This document shows, one piece after another, positions 12,428 through 24,713 of a stretch of DNA of 64,000 nucleotides; positions within the stretch are counted from its first letter, which is position 1, and each line of letters begins with the position of its first letter. The notes beneath the pieces were generated by a model. The model did not search any database and was not told the origin of the DNA. It saw only the letters and a list, made by a program, of their open reading frames with translations. Made by a program: the position numbers and the translations under genes. Source of the stretch: Eledone cirrhosa (Eukaryota); the NCBI GenBank assembly GCA_964016885.1, contig OZ024743.1, forward strand, positions 65,968,001 to 66,032,000. Reading direction: 5' to 3'.

Positions 12428-12495
12428 CATATCTGTGGAAGCTCTTCCCCTCACCAGCTTCGAACGCACCCTAATATATCTATATGGGTGTGTTT

Positions 12496-12498
<3 letters not shown>
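12306..12498. repeat. Inverted repeat (~65-bp arms) around a (TA)n core; MITE or fold-back
   Basis: gttcaaagctggtgaggggaagggcttcc vs ggaagctcttcccctcaccagcttcgaac. Confidence 0.75.
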
Positions 12499-12554
<56 letters not shown>

Positions 12555-13049
12555 TACATATACATACATACCTATATATACCCACTCACACATAACACGC
12601 ACTACACCTTAATGAAAGGCGTGGGTGGATTGTATTGGATTGGTTTGGTGAAACAACATGACACTTTGAGTATGTAAATTCTCGTACCTGTCACTATGCT
12701 TCAGCCTGCATACATATATCCTCCTGCGTGCTGATGTATGCTTGGTCTAAATCTCAACGAGTGTTTACTTACTAATTTACGCTTTAAGAATAATATAACT
12801 AAAACTATAATTACAGCAACCTACCAGTATCAAAAGAAAAACTAAATGAAATTGAAATGAGAAACTAAAATAAGAAAAGCCGATATGGTGCGATGTCTTT
12901 GGCATCCATCTTGTCCCGTGTTATTTTTATATGTATTGAAATACGCCAATGTCTGTGTACGTGTGTATACATGCGAAACAAATACATCCGTATATATGTA
13001 TTATATGTATACACAACAAGCACAGACATTCTCACACACATACACACAC

Positions 13050-13137
<88 letters not shown>

Positions 13138-13155
13138 TGCTATTGAAACGTTGCT

Positions 13156-13205
13156 TCTTGTCTGATGACCCTGGCATAAACAGGCGAAACTCCAGAGTAT
13201 CAAGA
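13156..13205 (+). ncRNA. Type I hammerhead ribozyme
   Basis: tcttgt-CTGATGA-c-cctg(gcataaa)cagg-c-GAAAC-tc(ca)ga-GTA-tcaaga. The downstream tail is repeated in inverted orientation at ~13340-13375. Confidence 0.8.
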
Positions 13206-13231
13206 CTCACTATTTAACCTTAATAAAACGA

Positions 13232-13283
<52 letters not shown>

Positions 13284-13288
13284 TGTGA

Positions 13289-13335
<47 letters not shown>

Positions 13336-13407
13336 TGTGTGTGTGTTCGTTTTATTAAGTTTAAATAGTGAGTCCTTAATAAAGCGAACACACACACAGA
13401 CACACAG

Positions 13408-13479
<72 letters not shown>

Positions 13480-13524
13480 GAAAGGTATAGAAATTGTTGT
13501 AGCGAGAAGCTAACAGTATTCCAT

Positions 13525-13584
<60 letters not shown>

Positions 13585-13662
13585 CCTATTTTACATATCT
13601 CCATAGCTACTCTGCATCTCCCCATTCATTGAGTAATGACTGTCCTGGGTCTCAGTTCCGCA

Positions 13663-13781
<119 letters not shown>

Positions 13782-13905
13782 ATCTGAGTTTTTCGAATAT
13801 TAATAATAACATTCTATTCGTTTGCAATTATGCAAACAAGCCTCATTTAAAGCCATGTCAGTAGAATGAACCCTTCATTCTTGTTCTTGTGTTGGCATGT
13901 GAACA

Positions 13906-13955
13906 GAACTGCAAACACTAATGTTTCTGGGTATCACTCTTCATCAGTACAGCTC
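13906..13955 (-). ncRNA. Type I hammerhead ribozyme inside an inverted-repeat element (13778-14140)
   Basis: Minus strand: gagctgta-CTGATGA-agagtgataccca-GAAAC-a(ttag)t-GTT-tgcagttc; stem II has a mismatch. Confidence 0.65.
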
Positions 13956-14169
13956 ACTGTCCAACTGCCAGAGCTGGTGAAAATATATGTTATTTTCTAA
14001 AATATAAAGTGACTGTTCGGCCTGATTTGCATATTAGCTATTAACATCTTTACATGCCAACACAAGAGCAAGAATGAAGGGTTCATGGCTTTAAAAACGA
14101 ATCGAATGTTATTATTAATATTCGAAAAACTCAGATTACATTTATTGTATTCAGCCATGTTCAGCGAAC

Positions 14170-14223
<54 letters not shown>

Positions 14224-14404
14224 ATGTTTTTTTCAACTTTCCAGCCAACCTTCTCTCATAAATAATACTCTATCATAATGAAAGAGTGACGTCTGTTAGG
14301 TTGAGATATTCTTTTGCTTTCTCTCTTAAGCATGGAACTAATAAGAATTTGGACCTGTTTATTTAATCTTGAATTATATATATATGTAGGCTTACATAGA
14401 TATA

Positions 14405-15030
14405 TGTTGGCTGCACCCTCGTTATCGAGTATGGCCATTTTACGATATACCATTATTAATAATTATTAATCAATTCCATCGTGCACTGCCTGTGCGTGAA
14501 GATATTTTTTAAAGTAAGGAAAGACTGTGCACTGAGCCAATCCCACTCTCTGAGCGACAGTAGCTATAACCCGATAAGAAGAAAAGATCAACATCATCGG
14601 TAACTACTGAGCCGCAGGTTTTATATCGGAGTTATCCCAGTTTCCTGAGTTGCCTTCTCCTAGAAGAATGCCCTGACAAAGGCTAGGGGGTCCTTCACGC
14701 CCAATGGTTTAACCGCGCGATCGGGTCTCCATCCCGACTATTTCTATGTTCCCATGCATATACATACACATGCACCCATGCATATACACATATACATATA
14801 CACACATATGTACATGTATATACATATTTACACACTTTTAGATGGCCGTTGACTCTTATGAGTTCTTCCATCCTTTGTCAGGTTTTGTTTTTTGTCCTGC
14901 AGGGTGTCCAAAATCACCCTCCTCACCAAGTAAACTTGGTGGGGTTGCCGGTTTAGTCGCCGACATCCCGACCCTGTGACAGGTTGTACTCGGTTACATG
15001 TTACCAGTAGCACTCAAGAGTGACCCGACA
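14405..15030 (-). mobile_element. RTE-derived non-autonomous element, subfamily B (longest 5' end)
   Basis: Reverse complement of 19760-20312 with an internal TG/TA microsatellite. Confidence 0.85.
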
Positions 15031-15240
15031 TAACATACATACATATATACAAATACATATACATTGAAACTTATGTATATTCCATATTGAAACCACTTCG
15101 AATTTTGGTCTTCATAATTATCATTACTATATATATATATATATATATATATAACGAAGGAAATGTGGTAAGGAACCAGGTGGACCATAACGCACCAAAG
15201 TACTCAATACTTAGTAGAGTGGGTAATAGGAACAAGTAAG

Positions 15241-15334
15241 ACCCCGACGGCTGAGCTCAAGCCGTTTCGACGGCTAATTCTGGACTGAATGAAAATTTAT
15301 TCTGGTATTTAAATAGCCGAGCTTATCAAGGGGT
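15241..15334 (-). ncRNA. Hammerhead with mutated core (TTGATAA) in a repeated PLE-like terminal family
   Basis: acccc-ttgataa-g..cggcta...tagccg-tc-GAAAC-ggc(ttgagctca)gcc-GTC-ggggt. Family copies at 48067, 57893 and 59150. Confidence 0.6.
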
Positions 15335-15460
15335 AATTCCATATATGGTCAAAGAGATAAACACCAGGATTGGTCACATCACAAGTTAGTAGTAAATCTG
15401 TGATGGCAAAATGGTGGGGGAAGGGGTAGCTGAACCTGCCGGTAGGAGAAAAAGGGAGAG

Positions 15461-15501
<41 letters not shown>

Positions 15502-15739
15502 TTGTCTATGTGTTGGTTGGTGGCCGACACTTCAATATGCAGGGTAGAGCACTCAATGAAGTGCGCAGGTGGGTCTGTTTACTCTGGAGTAATTGCGGTC
15601 ATTTGATATGCCCTGTATGGTGTTTTTTTTTTGATGAAGCAGCTCCATACTTCGGGACAGGGCATATCGAAGCACCGAAATGACGGAGGTAAACTTTGTT
15701 ACATCATTATGTTTTTCTGCTTTTTCTGTTCAAGTTCTA

Positions 15740-15800
15740 GCTGGCTGATGAAGTAATAACTGTTGAATAATGGTTATCATCGAAATATATATATAACAGC
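15740..15800 (+). ncRNA. Type I hammerhead ribozyme
   Basis: gctgg-CTGATGA-agta-ataactgtt(gaat)aatggttat-catc-GAAA-tatatata-TA-acagc, then gaataaa. Confidence 0.7.
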
Positions 15801-16318
15801 GAATATGAATAAACGAAGTTAATTTTAACCTATTGACTTACACGTCTTGTTTTTGTATATATATATATAAAACGTCCTGAAATACTTTGCCTCCTCACAA
15901 TATTTTATAGCATTACTACCAACTGCAGTCCTGCACAAGAGGACTGAAGCTTGACGACAAGCTTGCTCTGTCGTTTCTGTCGTTTTCGGCCCACAAATCC
16001 CGATAAAATGACTCTCGAGAACATATATATAATATGTTAATATCCAAGATTTAATATCACGTAATTGTCTAAGCACTCCTTCATCTCATCATATACATAT
16101 CTTGCACGTACAGAAATTTTGTTCGTAATATTTAACAGAAAACTCTGTATCTGCAGACAAACGGCCGTGGATTGGCAGAATTAGTTTGGAGCAGTCAATA
16201 AATCATTTTGCGTCATTTAATTACGACTTTCTAACTTCTGAATTCAAATCTTATCGATAAATTCTTCCTCTATAACTTTCTTATTTCTCCTCCCTCTCTC
16301 GCTCTTTCTCTCTTTTCT

Positions 16319-16377
<59 letters not shown>

Positions 16378-16498
16378 TACTTTCTTTCTTTCTTTCTTTC
16401 ATTCTCTCTCTCCCTCACTCTTAGTCTTTTGCTCTCCTTTTCTGTAACTAATCGGTTATGTTCTGACCTGAAGAGACGTTGGGCTCCACCAGGTTTAA

Positions 16499-16717
16499 CC
16501 CTTTAGCAGTTACATTACTCTATATTTACTGTTTTATTTTCACAGTAAAGGCCTTACCTCACATAATTATTTCGCATAATATTGAATCTATGACACTTTG
16601 ATATCATTTATTTTGAGAACAATACCTTAACATCAGTATGAGGGCTGGTTATGGGCAGTTTGAACAGAAAGAGGTGGATAATTCTGGCCGGATACGGCCA
16701 GTTTAAATGCTAAAGGG
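16499..16717. mobile_element. piggyBac-type MITE
   Basis: TTAA at 16495-98 and 16718-21; TIRs ccctttagca / tgctaaaggg. Confidence 0.8.
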
Positions 16718-17221
16718 TTAAAGTGTTCAGTTCACGCCGTATTTCACGACGGCAAACGTACGATGGTGCCAGTTACATACTAAGGTAGATATAACCCGAC
16801 TCTCCCTCCCCTCTCTACTGACCCCCACCCCTATAAACTGCTGGCCTTGTGTCTATGTTTGAAACCATTATTAAGGGCGTTTCATTGTCGGAATCGTTAC
16901 ACCGCCGGATAAAATACTCTGCAGTATTTGCTTACAGTTCTTTATCTCCTGAATTCAAATCTCATCATGGTCAACTTTGCGTTTCATCCTTCCGATGTCG
17001 ATAGAGGTACCAGTTAACGACTGGGGTTGCTATAAACTATTCGCCACTGCTTTCAAACTACAGGTTTTCTATTCATAAAAAAATGAGAAAACTCAACGTT
17101 GTTAAAACAGCCAAATGCTGTTGATGACAGCGATGGGCAAAAATGCCCCAGGGGACATAGACCAGCAGTCAACAGAGACAATGTACAAGGTGGGTGAGAA
17201 GCAGATGAAATATAGAAAATA

Positions 17222-17950
17222 AATGTTTCTACTATTGGGACAAGGCCAGCAATTATCCAGTGCATTACTGGTACTTTATTTTATCGACCCCGTAGGGATG
17301 AAAGGCAAAGTTAACCTCGACGGGATTTGAACTCAGACCGTAAAGGGACGTAACTATGCTGGAAAGCATGGCGTCCGACCCTCTATCGATACTGCCAATT
17401 CACCGACCTGAGGAATAGAAAATAATGAGAAAGGAGAAGGACAACCAAAAGTGTGTTGGCGCGTAGAAGTGACTGGCAGAAGGAAATAAAGAAAGGCGAT
17501 GTACAAAACAAGTTTGCACTCACATCTACACCCTAATTCAGCTCTCAAACCAGCAAAATGGTTTTGTGTCTAAATTAGAAATAATTACAGGTCAGCAATC
17601 CTAAGCATCAATAAGGATTATACAACAATAATAATTATTATTTCTGATTTAGGCAGAAGACCAACAATTTTCTTTGTAGGGGAAGGTCGATTAAACCGAC
17701 CCCAATGCTTTATTTTATCGACCCCCGTAAGGATGAAAGGCGAAGATAACTTCGGCGGGATTTGAACTCAGAACGTAAAGGGCCGTAACTCTATGCTGAA
17801 AAGCATGTTGTCCGATGCCCAACCATCAATAATAATGATGATTTCTACTAGAGGCACAAGGCCAGCAATTTGGGGAAGGGAAAGTCGATTATGTCGGCTC
17901 CAGTGCATTACTGGTACTTTATTTCATTGATCTCTTAGGCAAAGCTAACC
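17222..17950 (-). mobile_element. Cluster of three S1 SINE copies
   Basis: 17222-17405, 17632-17822 and 17835-17950 are reverse complements of S1. Confidence 0.8.
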
Positions 17951-18119
17951 TAACACTGATAAGAACAACAAGGTCCCTATACATAGTAAAGACAACCTAC
18001 TAGAAATGAAGGACATATTGAATAAAGACCGGAATACACTATTTTTGAAGAGATAAGATGAGATGGTCATGGCTGGAATGTCTTTCACCATAGACTTGCT
18101 AAATCAAATAATTGCAATA

Positions 18120-18541
18120 ACAAAGACGACTTCGACGCAGACGACAACAAACATTCTCACCAACCTGACCACCACTACCACCATCACCACCACTAACTCT
18201 ACTAACACCAATACCACTACCACCACCACCACCACCGCCACCACTACCACTACCACCATCACTTCCACCACTACTACCACTACCACCACCACCACTTCCA
18301 CAGCCATCTCCACTACCACCACCACTTCCACAACAACCTCCACCACCACCACCACCACCACCACCACCACCACTACCACCACCACCACGACTACCTACAC
18401 CACAACCACCCCCACCACATCCTCCACCAACAACGACAAAAACAGCAACAGCAGCAGCAGCAGCAGCACCACCACCACCACCATAAACAATAACACATAC
18501 TACTACTACTACTACTACTATTGCTGCTGCTGCTACTACTG

Positions 18542-18602
<61 letters not shown>

Positions 18603-18644
18603 AGTTACTACTACTACTATTACTGCTACTGCTGCCACTACTGG

Positions 18645-18720
<76 letters not shown>

Positions 18721-18816
18721 GCTACTAACACAGCCACCATCAACGCCGCCGCCGCTGTCGCGCCACCACCACCACCACCACCACCACCACCACAACAACA
18801 ACAACAACAACCAGCA

Positions 18817-18863
<47 letters not shown>

Positions 18864-18879
18864 TACTACCACCACCACC

Positions 18880-18923
<44 letters not shown>

Positions 18924-18943
18924 AACAACAGCAACAACAATAA
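18120..18943. repeat. Compound trinucleotide microsatellite (ACC/ACT/AGC/AAC)
   Basis: Seen directly. Confidence 0.95.
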
Positions 18944-19334
18944 TGTGATTAGAAATGTCATAGAAATTTCTATGTAGAAAGACACTTCTAGAAAATGAAA
19001 ACCGTTTTCAGTTGGAGGTGGAATGGAAAGGAATGTGGTTGAACGAGATTAAACCGGAGGCGCCGACAAATCTAAGATACGCACGTTTTGTCAACATGAC
19101 GAACAATAACTACGTACTCTGTGTAATTTTAACTCGTCCGGGTGGGGAGTGAATGTAGAGCAGGAGGTACGGTGGTAATGGTGGGGGATGTGAGGTGCAA
19201 GGGTACGATTGCTTGATGGTAAAAGGAAAGTCCTTAGTTTCATTATGTATAAGTGTGTTTGTATATGTACTCACGCATATATACATGTACACACAAACAT
19301 ACAAATATATATACATACATATATTCTTTTATAT

Positions 19335-19375
<41 letters not shown>

Positions 19376-19377
19376 AT

Positions 19378-19414
<37 letters not shown>

Positions 19415-19425
19415 ATATATATATG

Positions 19426-19457
<32 letters not shown>

Positions 19458-19759
19458 TTGTGTACATGTAATTACATATAAATACCCATATAAACATACA
19501 CACTCACATACATGCACACATATATATGTATATGTATATATTGAAAAAGGTCCTCAATACGTTTGTAGTGTAAAGGTATATTCATTTTACTATAGAAATG
19601 ATTTCTAAATCACTAGAAATGTTTCATTCGTAAGAAATCACGAGAAAGGTCAGTGAATTCTCATGATTTCTTACGAATGTAACATGTCTAGTCCAGTAGA
19701 CGTTATTTCTATAATAATAAAAATAGTTGTATATATATATATAAATCTATATATATATA

Positions 19760-20312
19760 ACCCAGTACAACCTGTCGCATGGTCGGGTCGTCGGTGACTA
19801 AACCGGCAACCCCACCAAGTTTATTTGGTGAGGAGGGTAATTTTGGACACCCTGCAGGACAAAAAACAAAACCTGACAAAGAGCAGAAGAACTCATAAGA
19901 GTCAACGGCCATATGTAAATATGTATATACACATGTACATATGTATGTATATGTATATGTGTATATACATATGTACATATGTATGTATATGTATATGTGT
20001 ATATACACATGTACATATGTATGTATATGCGCGGGGACATAGAAATAATCGGGCTGGACACCCGATCGCGCAGTAAAACCACTGGGAGTGAAGGACTCCT
20101 AGCCTTAGTCAGGTTACCGGTGATGTTGATCTTTTCTTCTTTTCGGGTTATAGCTACTGTCGCTCAGAGAGTGGGATTGGCTCAGTGCACAGTCTTTCTT
20201 CACTTTAAAAAATATCTTCACGCACAAGCATTGCACAATAGAATTAATTAATAATTATTAATAATGGTATATCGTGCAATGGCCATACTCGATAACGAGG
20301 GTGCAGCCATCA
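19760..20312 (+). mobile_element. RTE-derived non-autonomous element, subfamily B
   Basis: cccagtacaacctgtcgcatgg... to gataacgagggtgcagccatc. Confidence 0.85.
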
Positions 20313-20524
20313 TATATAAATATAATTTCAGTGAGATGTATTTCGGCGGCTGCGAAAACAAAACGAAACACAATTTTTGAGATATGCCGGCAAGGGCTCA
20401 ATGGGCTAGGAAGAAGCTAGAGCAATTAACATACGTTATAAGGGTCAGACACATTATAAAAATGGTTGTGAATCGACAAGCCAGGCAGCCGAAAAGACGA
20501 GCAAGCATATATATATATATATAT

Positions 20525-20888
20525 TTTTAAGTAAAAAGAAATTCAAACACTCATATATGACCCCCCCCCCCCTGTTTGAAGAACTTTGCAACGTGAACTG
20601 GCGCGAAATTTATTATACTTATTGACCAAATACGGGCGCGAAATGTATTACTCTTATTGACCAACCAATCAAATTACTTCTCTAAAAACCTAGCGTTTCC
20701 AGCCACTTTTTTCCATATAAAACAAGTAATATTCAAAGACCAACCAGATGTGAGAAAAACCACAGACCCTCCATCTCAACTCTACTTTTGAAAAGCAGAA
20801 GAACTGTGAAACCGGTAAAGGAACCAAATAAATATATATATTTAAAAAAATATAAGACTCCAGTTGCATTTTCGATTTCAACTTTTTT

Positions 20889-20890
<2 letters not shown>
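20525..20890. repeat. Unclassified dispersed repeat family U
   Basis: Reverse complement of 25290-25620; same orientation as 31120-31450; recurrent gaactggcgcgaaat and aaccaatcaaattac. Confidence 0.8.
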
Positions 20891-20940
<50 letters not shown>

Positions 20941-21239
20941 CTCTGATTATTTAATTTATTAATTTCTTCATTGACCCACATCGTGAATGGTTGCCAAAAC
21001 ATATATATCTGTGACTTTGTTTAGTTTGTGTATATGTAAATCTTTACATTTAAAAATCTCTCATTAGGTTGAGATGCAATTTGGGCAATATTGGGCTGCG
21101 CTTTCTAGCAACCAGCCCACTCGCCGTAAGCAACCAATCACATTCTTTCTAACTTGACCACTGCCACGTCACGATTCTTAGCCATTTTGAATCTGTTTCT
21201 GGCGGGGATCGCTTTGGAAAATTACCTGTCCTATGAGTT

Positions 21240-21318
21240 TGTTTCCTGACGAGTTCGAAACTCGAGATTATCCTTAATAGGATATCTCAAAACGCGACGA
21301 AACCCGAGGGTAGAGACA
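21240..21318 (+). ncRNA. Type I hammerhead ribozyme with extended stem II
   Basis: tgtttc-CTGACGA-g...gagattatcct(taat)aggatatctc...c-GAAAC-cc(ga)gg-GTA-gagaca; 6-bp stem I. Confidence 0.8.
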
Positions 21319-21594
21319 TGATCCTGGTAAGAGTGTATGCATTTCTTCTAACTTTAATTTTATACCTAATTGTGTATGGTTGACGGCATATTTAGTCAAT
21401 TTCCACGTGCTGTTGAAATGTTGGGTAAATAATCTTGCGGTCGGCCGCGAAGAGGCTGCGGTCGTTTATTTATCAAATATTTCTTCATAGGAGCCTTTTA
21501 ATCTTATAGCCTGGTCTAATTTATTTTTTATGTGGTTAATTATGCTAATTGGGAGAGGAAATGGTGTATATTTTTATCAAATGGACATACTTTA

Positions 21595-21641
<47 letters not shown>

Positions 21642-21784
21642 TATATACATCGTTGTTGTGGTTATAAACTATGGCCACGTACACTTAGTCCTTCTTTTTC
21701 ATGGTGCAACAATTTCTTAACTTTGTTTTTACTCTGAAAGAAAATGTACATACTTTATGATATATATATAAATGATATACTTTA

Positions 21785-21818
<34 letters not shown>

Positions 21819-22079
21819 GGAAAAAATGAAACGAAATTTCATTTCCTAGTCTTAGTACAGCTGTTACTTAAATATAAGTATGTACACGTACATACATATA
21901 TGTATACAGACGTACAGTAGTATGTATATATATATACATACATGCACACATATATATATGTACGTATGGATTCACTGAACATTTATTATAATGCTCGGTG
22001 TGTTTGTAAAGAAACATCCCGTATTAAGCCGTAGTGTTCAGCAACCATCGTTGCTCGTTTGTTCAACACTGACAAAGGA

Positions 22080-22122
22080 ACGCTGTACTAGTTTCAAGCT
22101 TATTAGCTATCGTCAGCAACGT
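22080..22122 (-). ncRNA. Minimal type I hammerhead ribozyme with palindromic stem III
   Basis: acgttg-CTGACGA-t-agct(aata)agct-t-GAAAC-ta-GTA-cagcgt. Confidence 0.8.
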
Positions 22123-22259
22123 ATACCTTCCTGCCAGATTGTTGAACGTATATACTTACCTTATGCATATTAACGGCTGAGTAGCCCAATTTGCATATCG
22201 AGTGGGTTAATCGGCCGGGTGCACCGAAAACGATAAACGGAAAAAATGAAACGAAATTT

Positions 22260-22693
22260 TATTTCCCACGAAAAAACAGTGATTTTGATACCGGGCCATA
22301 CAGATATTAGAGGAAATAAGAAAGCAGACGAATTAGCAAAAGAGGGATCGCTAAGGGAAATAATAGATATAGACTCTATCCCAAATCGTTCACAGGTAAA
22401 GTCATTTAGCAAACATATAATTAGTCAAGGGTGGGAAACATTTTGGGAAGAATCCAGAGATAAGCTCACAAATTTCAATCCCCAACTTTCTCAACCAGAT
22501 TTGACAACATACAAAACTTATCGATCATTGAGTAATGCAAATAAAGAAATACTAAGCTGGCTTCGAACATGACATAAATCTGTGAATTACATTCTACCAA
22601 AAACAGGTCGTTGAGATTCATCTCTGTGTTCTTGTGGTGACTCTCCAGGAACTCTTTGGCATATGTCTGTTCCAAAGTAGAATCTATCAGTCT

Positions 22694-22727
<34 letters not shown>

Positions 22728-23165
22728 GAGAGAGAGGAGAGAGAGGGAGAGAGAGAGGCCATGCTGAAATCAATCTTTAAAAATCTACCAAAATTGGAAG
22801 TTCAATACATGATAACAGGTCTACCAAATATAAACAAAATCCTTGAGTACATGGAAGCTACAACAATATTCAACAAGAGAAACTTCTGTTTTGCAGCTTC
22901 CCTTGTTTCCTATTTTCTTTTTCGTTTTCTTAGTCATAATCTGCCCCCCCCCCCATTGACCTCCTTCAATATTTGAAATGTTATTTTTATTTATTTATTT
23001 ATTTTTTATTTTTTTTAAATTTTTTAAAAATTATTATTACTTGTCTCGCCAGCTCTTTTTGATTACCAACTGTAAGGAGTACTCGATACTTACTCGACTT
23101 TGTCATGGCTTACTAGCTCTATACGGACGTTTAAATTGATTAAATACATAAGTAAGTAAGAAAGT
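22260..23165 (+). mobile_element. 3' fragment of an RNase H-bearing non-LTR retrotransposon (I/R1-group-like)
   Basis: IPGHTDIRGNKKADELAKEG (RNase H C-terminal motif), WLRT*H, CSCGDSPGTLWH knuckle, ends in (TAAG)n. Confidence 0.75.
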
Positions 23166-23374
23166 ATGTATGTAGTGGTCACCAATTCAGTAACCCATAT
23201 ATGGGTGTCAGGATAGACAAAGCCTTTTGCGAGCGATATGTCTGAGAGTTCCGGTAACTTTATTTTCTCAAATTACTTGTGACATTTTATTTGCCTACTC
23301 CTGAGTGATATCTCCATCATTTACAAAATTCTAATCGTATTCAAGATTCCAAAAGTTTTCACCCGAATTTGTAT

Positions 23375-23935
23375 GATAATGGTTTCTGATTTTAGGCACA
23401 AGGTCAAACAATTTTGGGGGAAAGTGAAAGTCGATTAATTCACCCCTGTGCATTACTGGTACTTTATTTTATCGACCCTGTAAAGATGAAAGGCAAAGCT
23501 AACCTCGGCGGGATTTGAACTAATAACGTAAAAGGATCGATCGACTTTTGTCAAATCGGACCGAGGAAACAATATTTCCGTTGGTCTTTCCAGTTGCTAG
23601 AACTATCTATCGGTCGCAACTCCAGGTAGAAGGAGCAACTTGAAATAAAGTGTCTTGCAAGGACATAACGCATCACTCACAACCTCAAGATTGTGAACCC
23701 AATTCTCTAACCACTCAGCCACACGACTTCACTAAAGTCGATCGATCCTTTTACGTTCTTAGTTCAAATCCTGCCGAGGTTAACTTTGTCTTTCATCCTT
23801 ACGGGGTAGATAAAATAAGGTACCAGTAATACACTGAGATAATTGCTGGCCTTGTGCCAAAAGTAGAAACAATTATAATTGACTTTCCTCTTCACACAAA
23901 TTGTTGGCCTTGTGCCTAATTTAGAAACCATCATG
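23375..23935. mobile_element. Inverted S1 SINE pair enclosing a second-family tRNA SINE (23549-23732, minus)
   Basis: S1(-) 23375-23548 and S1(+) 23733-23935 share the junction aaaaggatcgatcgacttt. Confidence 0.75.
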
Positions 23936-23942
23936 ACGTTTT

Positions 23943-23990
<48 letters not shown>

Positions 23991-24141
23991 TCACTCTTTC
24001 GTTCATCCTTTCTTTTTTCTTTCTTTCGTTTTTTTCCTCCTTCCTTTCTTTTTCTTTCTTTTTTTCTTTCTTTCTTTCTTTCTTTTCTTCTTTCTTTCTT
24101 TCCTTCTTTCTTCCTCCATTCCTTCCTCCCTTTCTTCTTCT

Positions 24142-24236
<95 letters not shown>

Positions 24237-24713
24237 ATATCATGTTGTTGCCACGGTAAGAATCATCCTCGTTTTACCACCAAAAATGCACATTTCGATT
24301 CAGAAAATTTAATTCTAATGTCTTTGGAATGACATTCAATCGTTTTTTGATGTGGTTAATATTTGGCCGATAAAGTTACCAAAGAACCCCTCCAAAAAAC
24401 ATCAGAGATGCTTCTGGATTGTGGGTATCAATTTCTGTAAATAGCATGTTTTGAGGGTAAATTAGATTTTAACGAGATGTCAGTGAGCAGTCCTGACAAG
24501 CTGTCGCTATGCAGGATGCTTTTTTGAGAAAATATGATGTCAATTTCGTTGGTTTGTTCTCACCTCAGAAGAGTAAAACCTGTGTAACAAGACTTGGTTA
24601 CAGCGTATGTATGTATGTGTATATGTATGCATGCATTGATACATCTATGTACGTATCTATGTATGCATGTATAAGTAAGTATGTATTTATGTCTGTCTGT
24701 CTGTATATATATA

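Noticed and set aside
16465-16495. CTGAAGAG as a hammerhead core interrupted by the piggyBac MITE
   Set aside because: After removing the MITE, no GAAA/UH or stems could be assembled.
18063-18943. Mucin-like Thr-rich or poly-Tyr ORFs
   Set aside because: Compound ACC/ACT microsatellite with register shifts; no domain or splice context.
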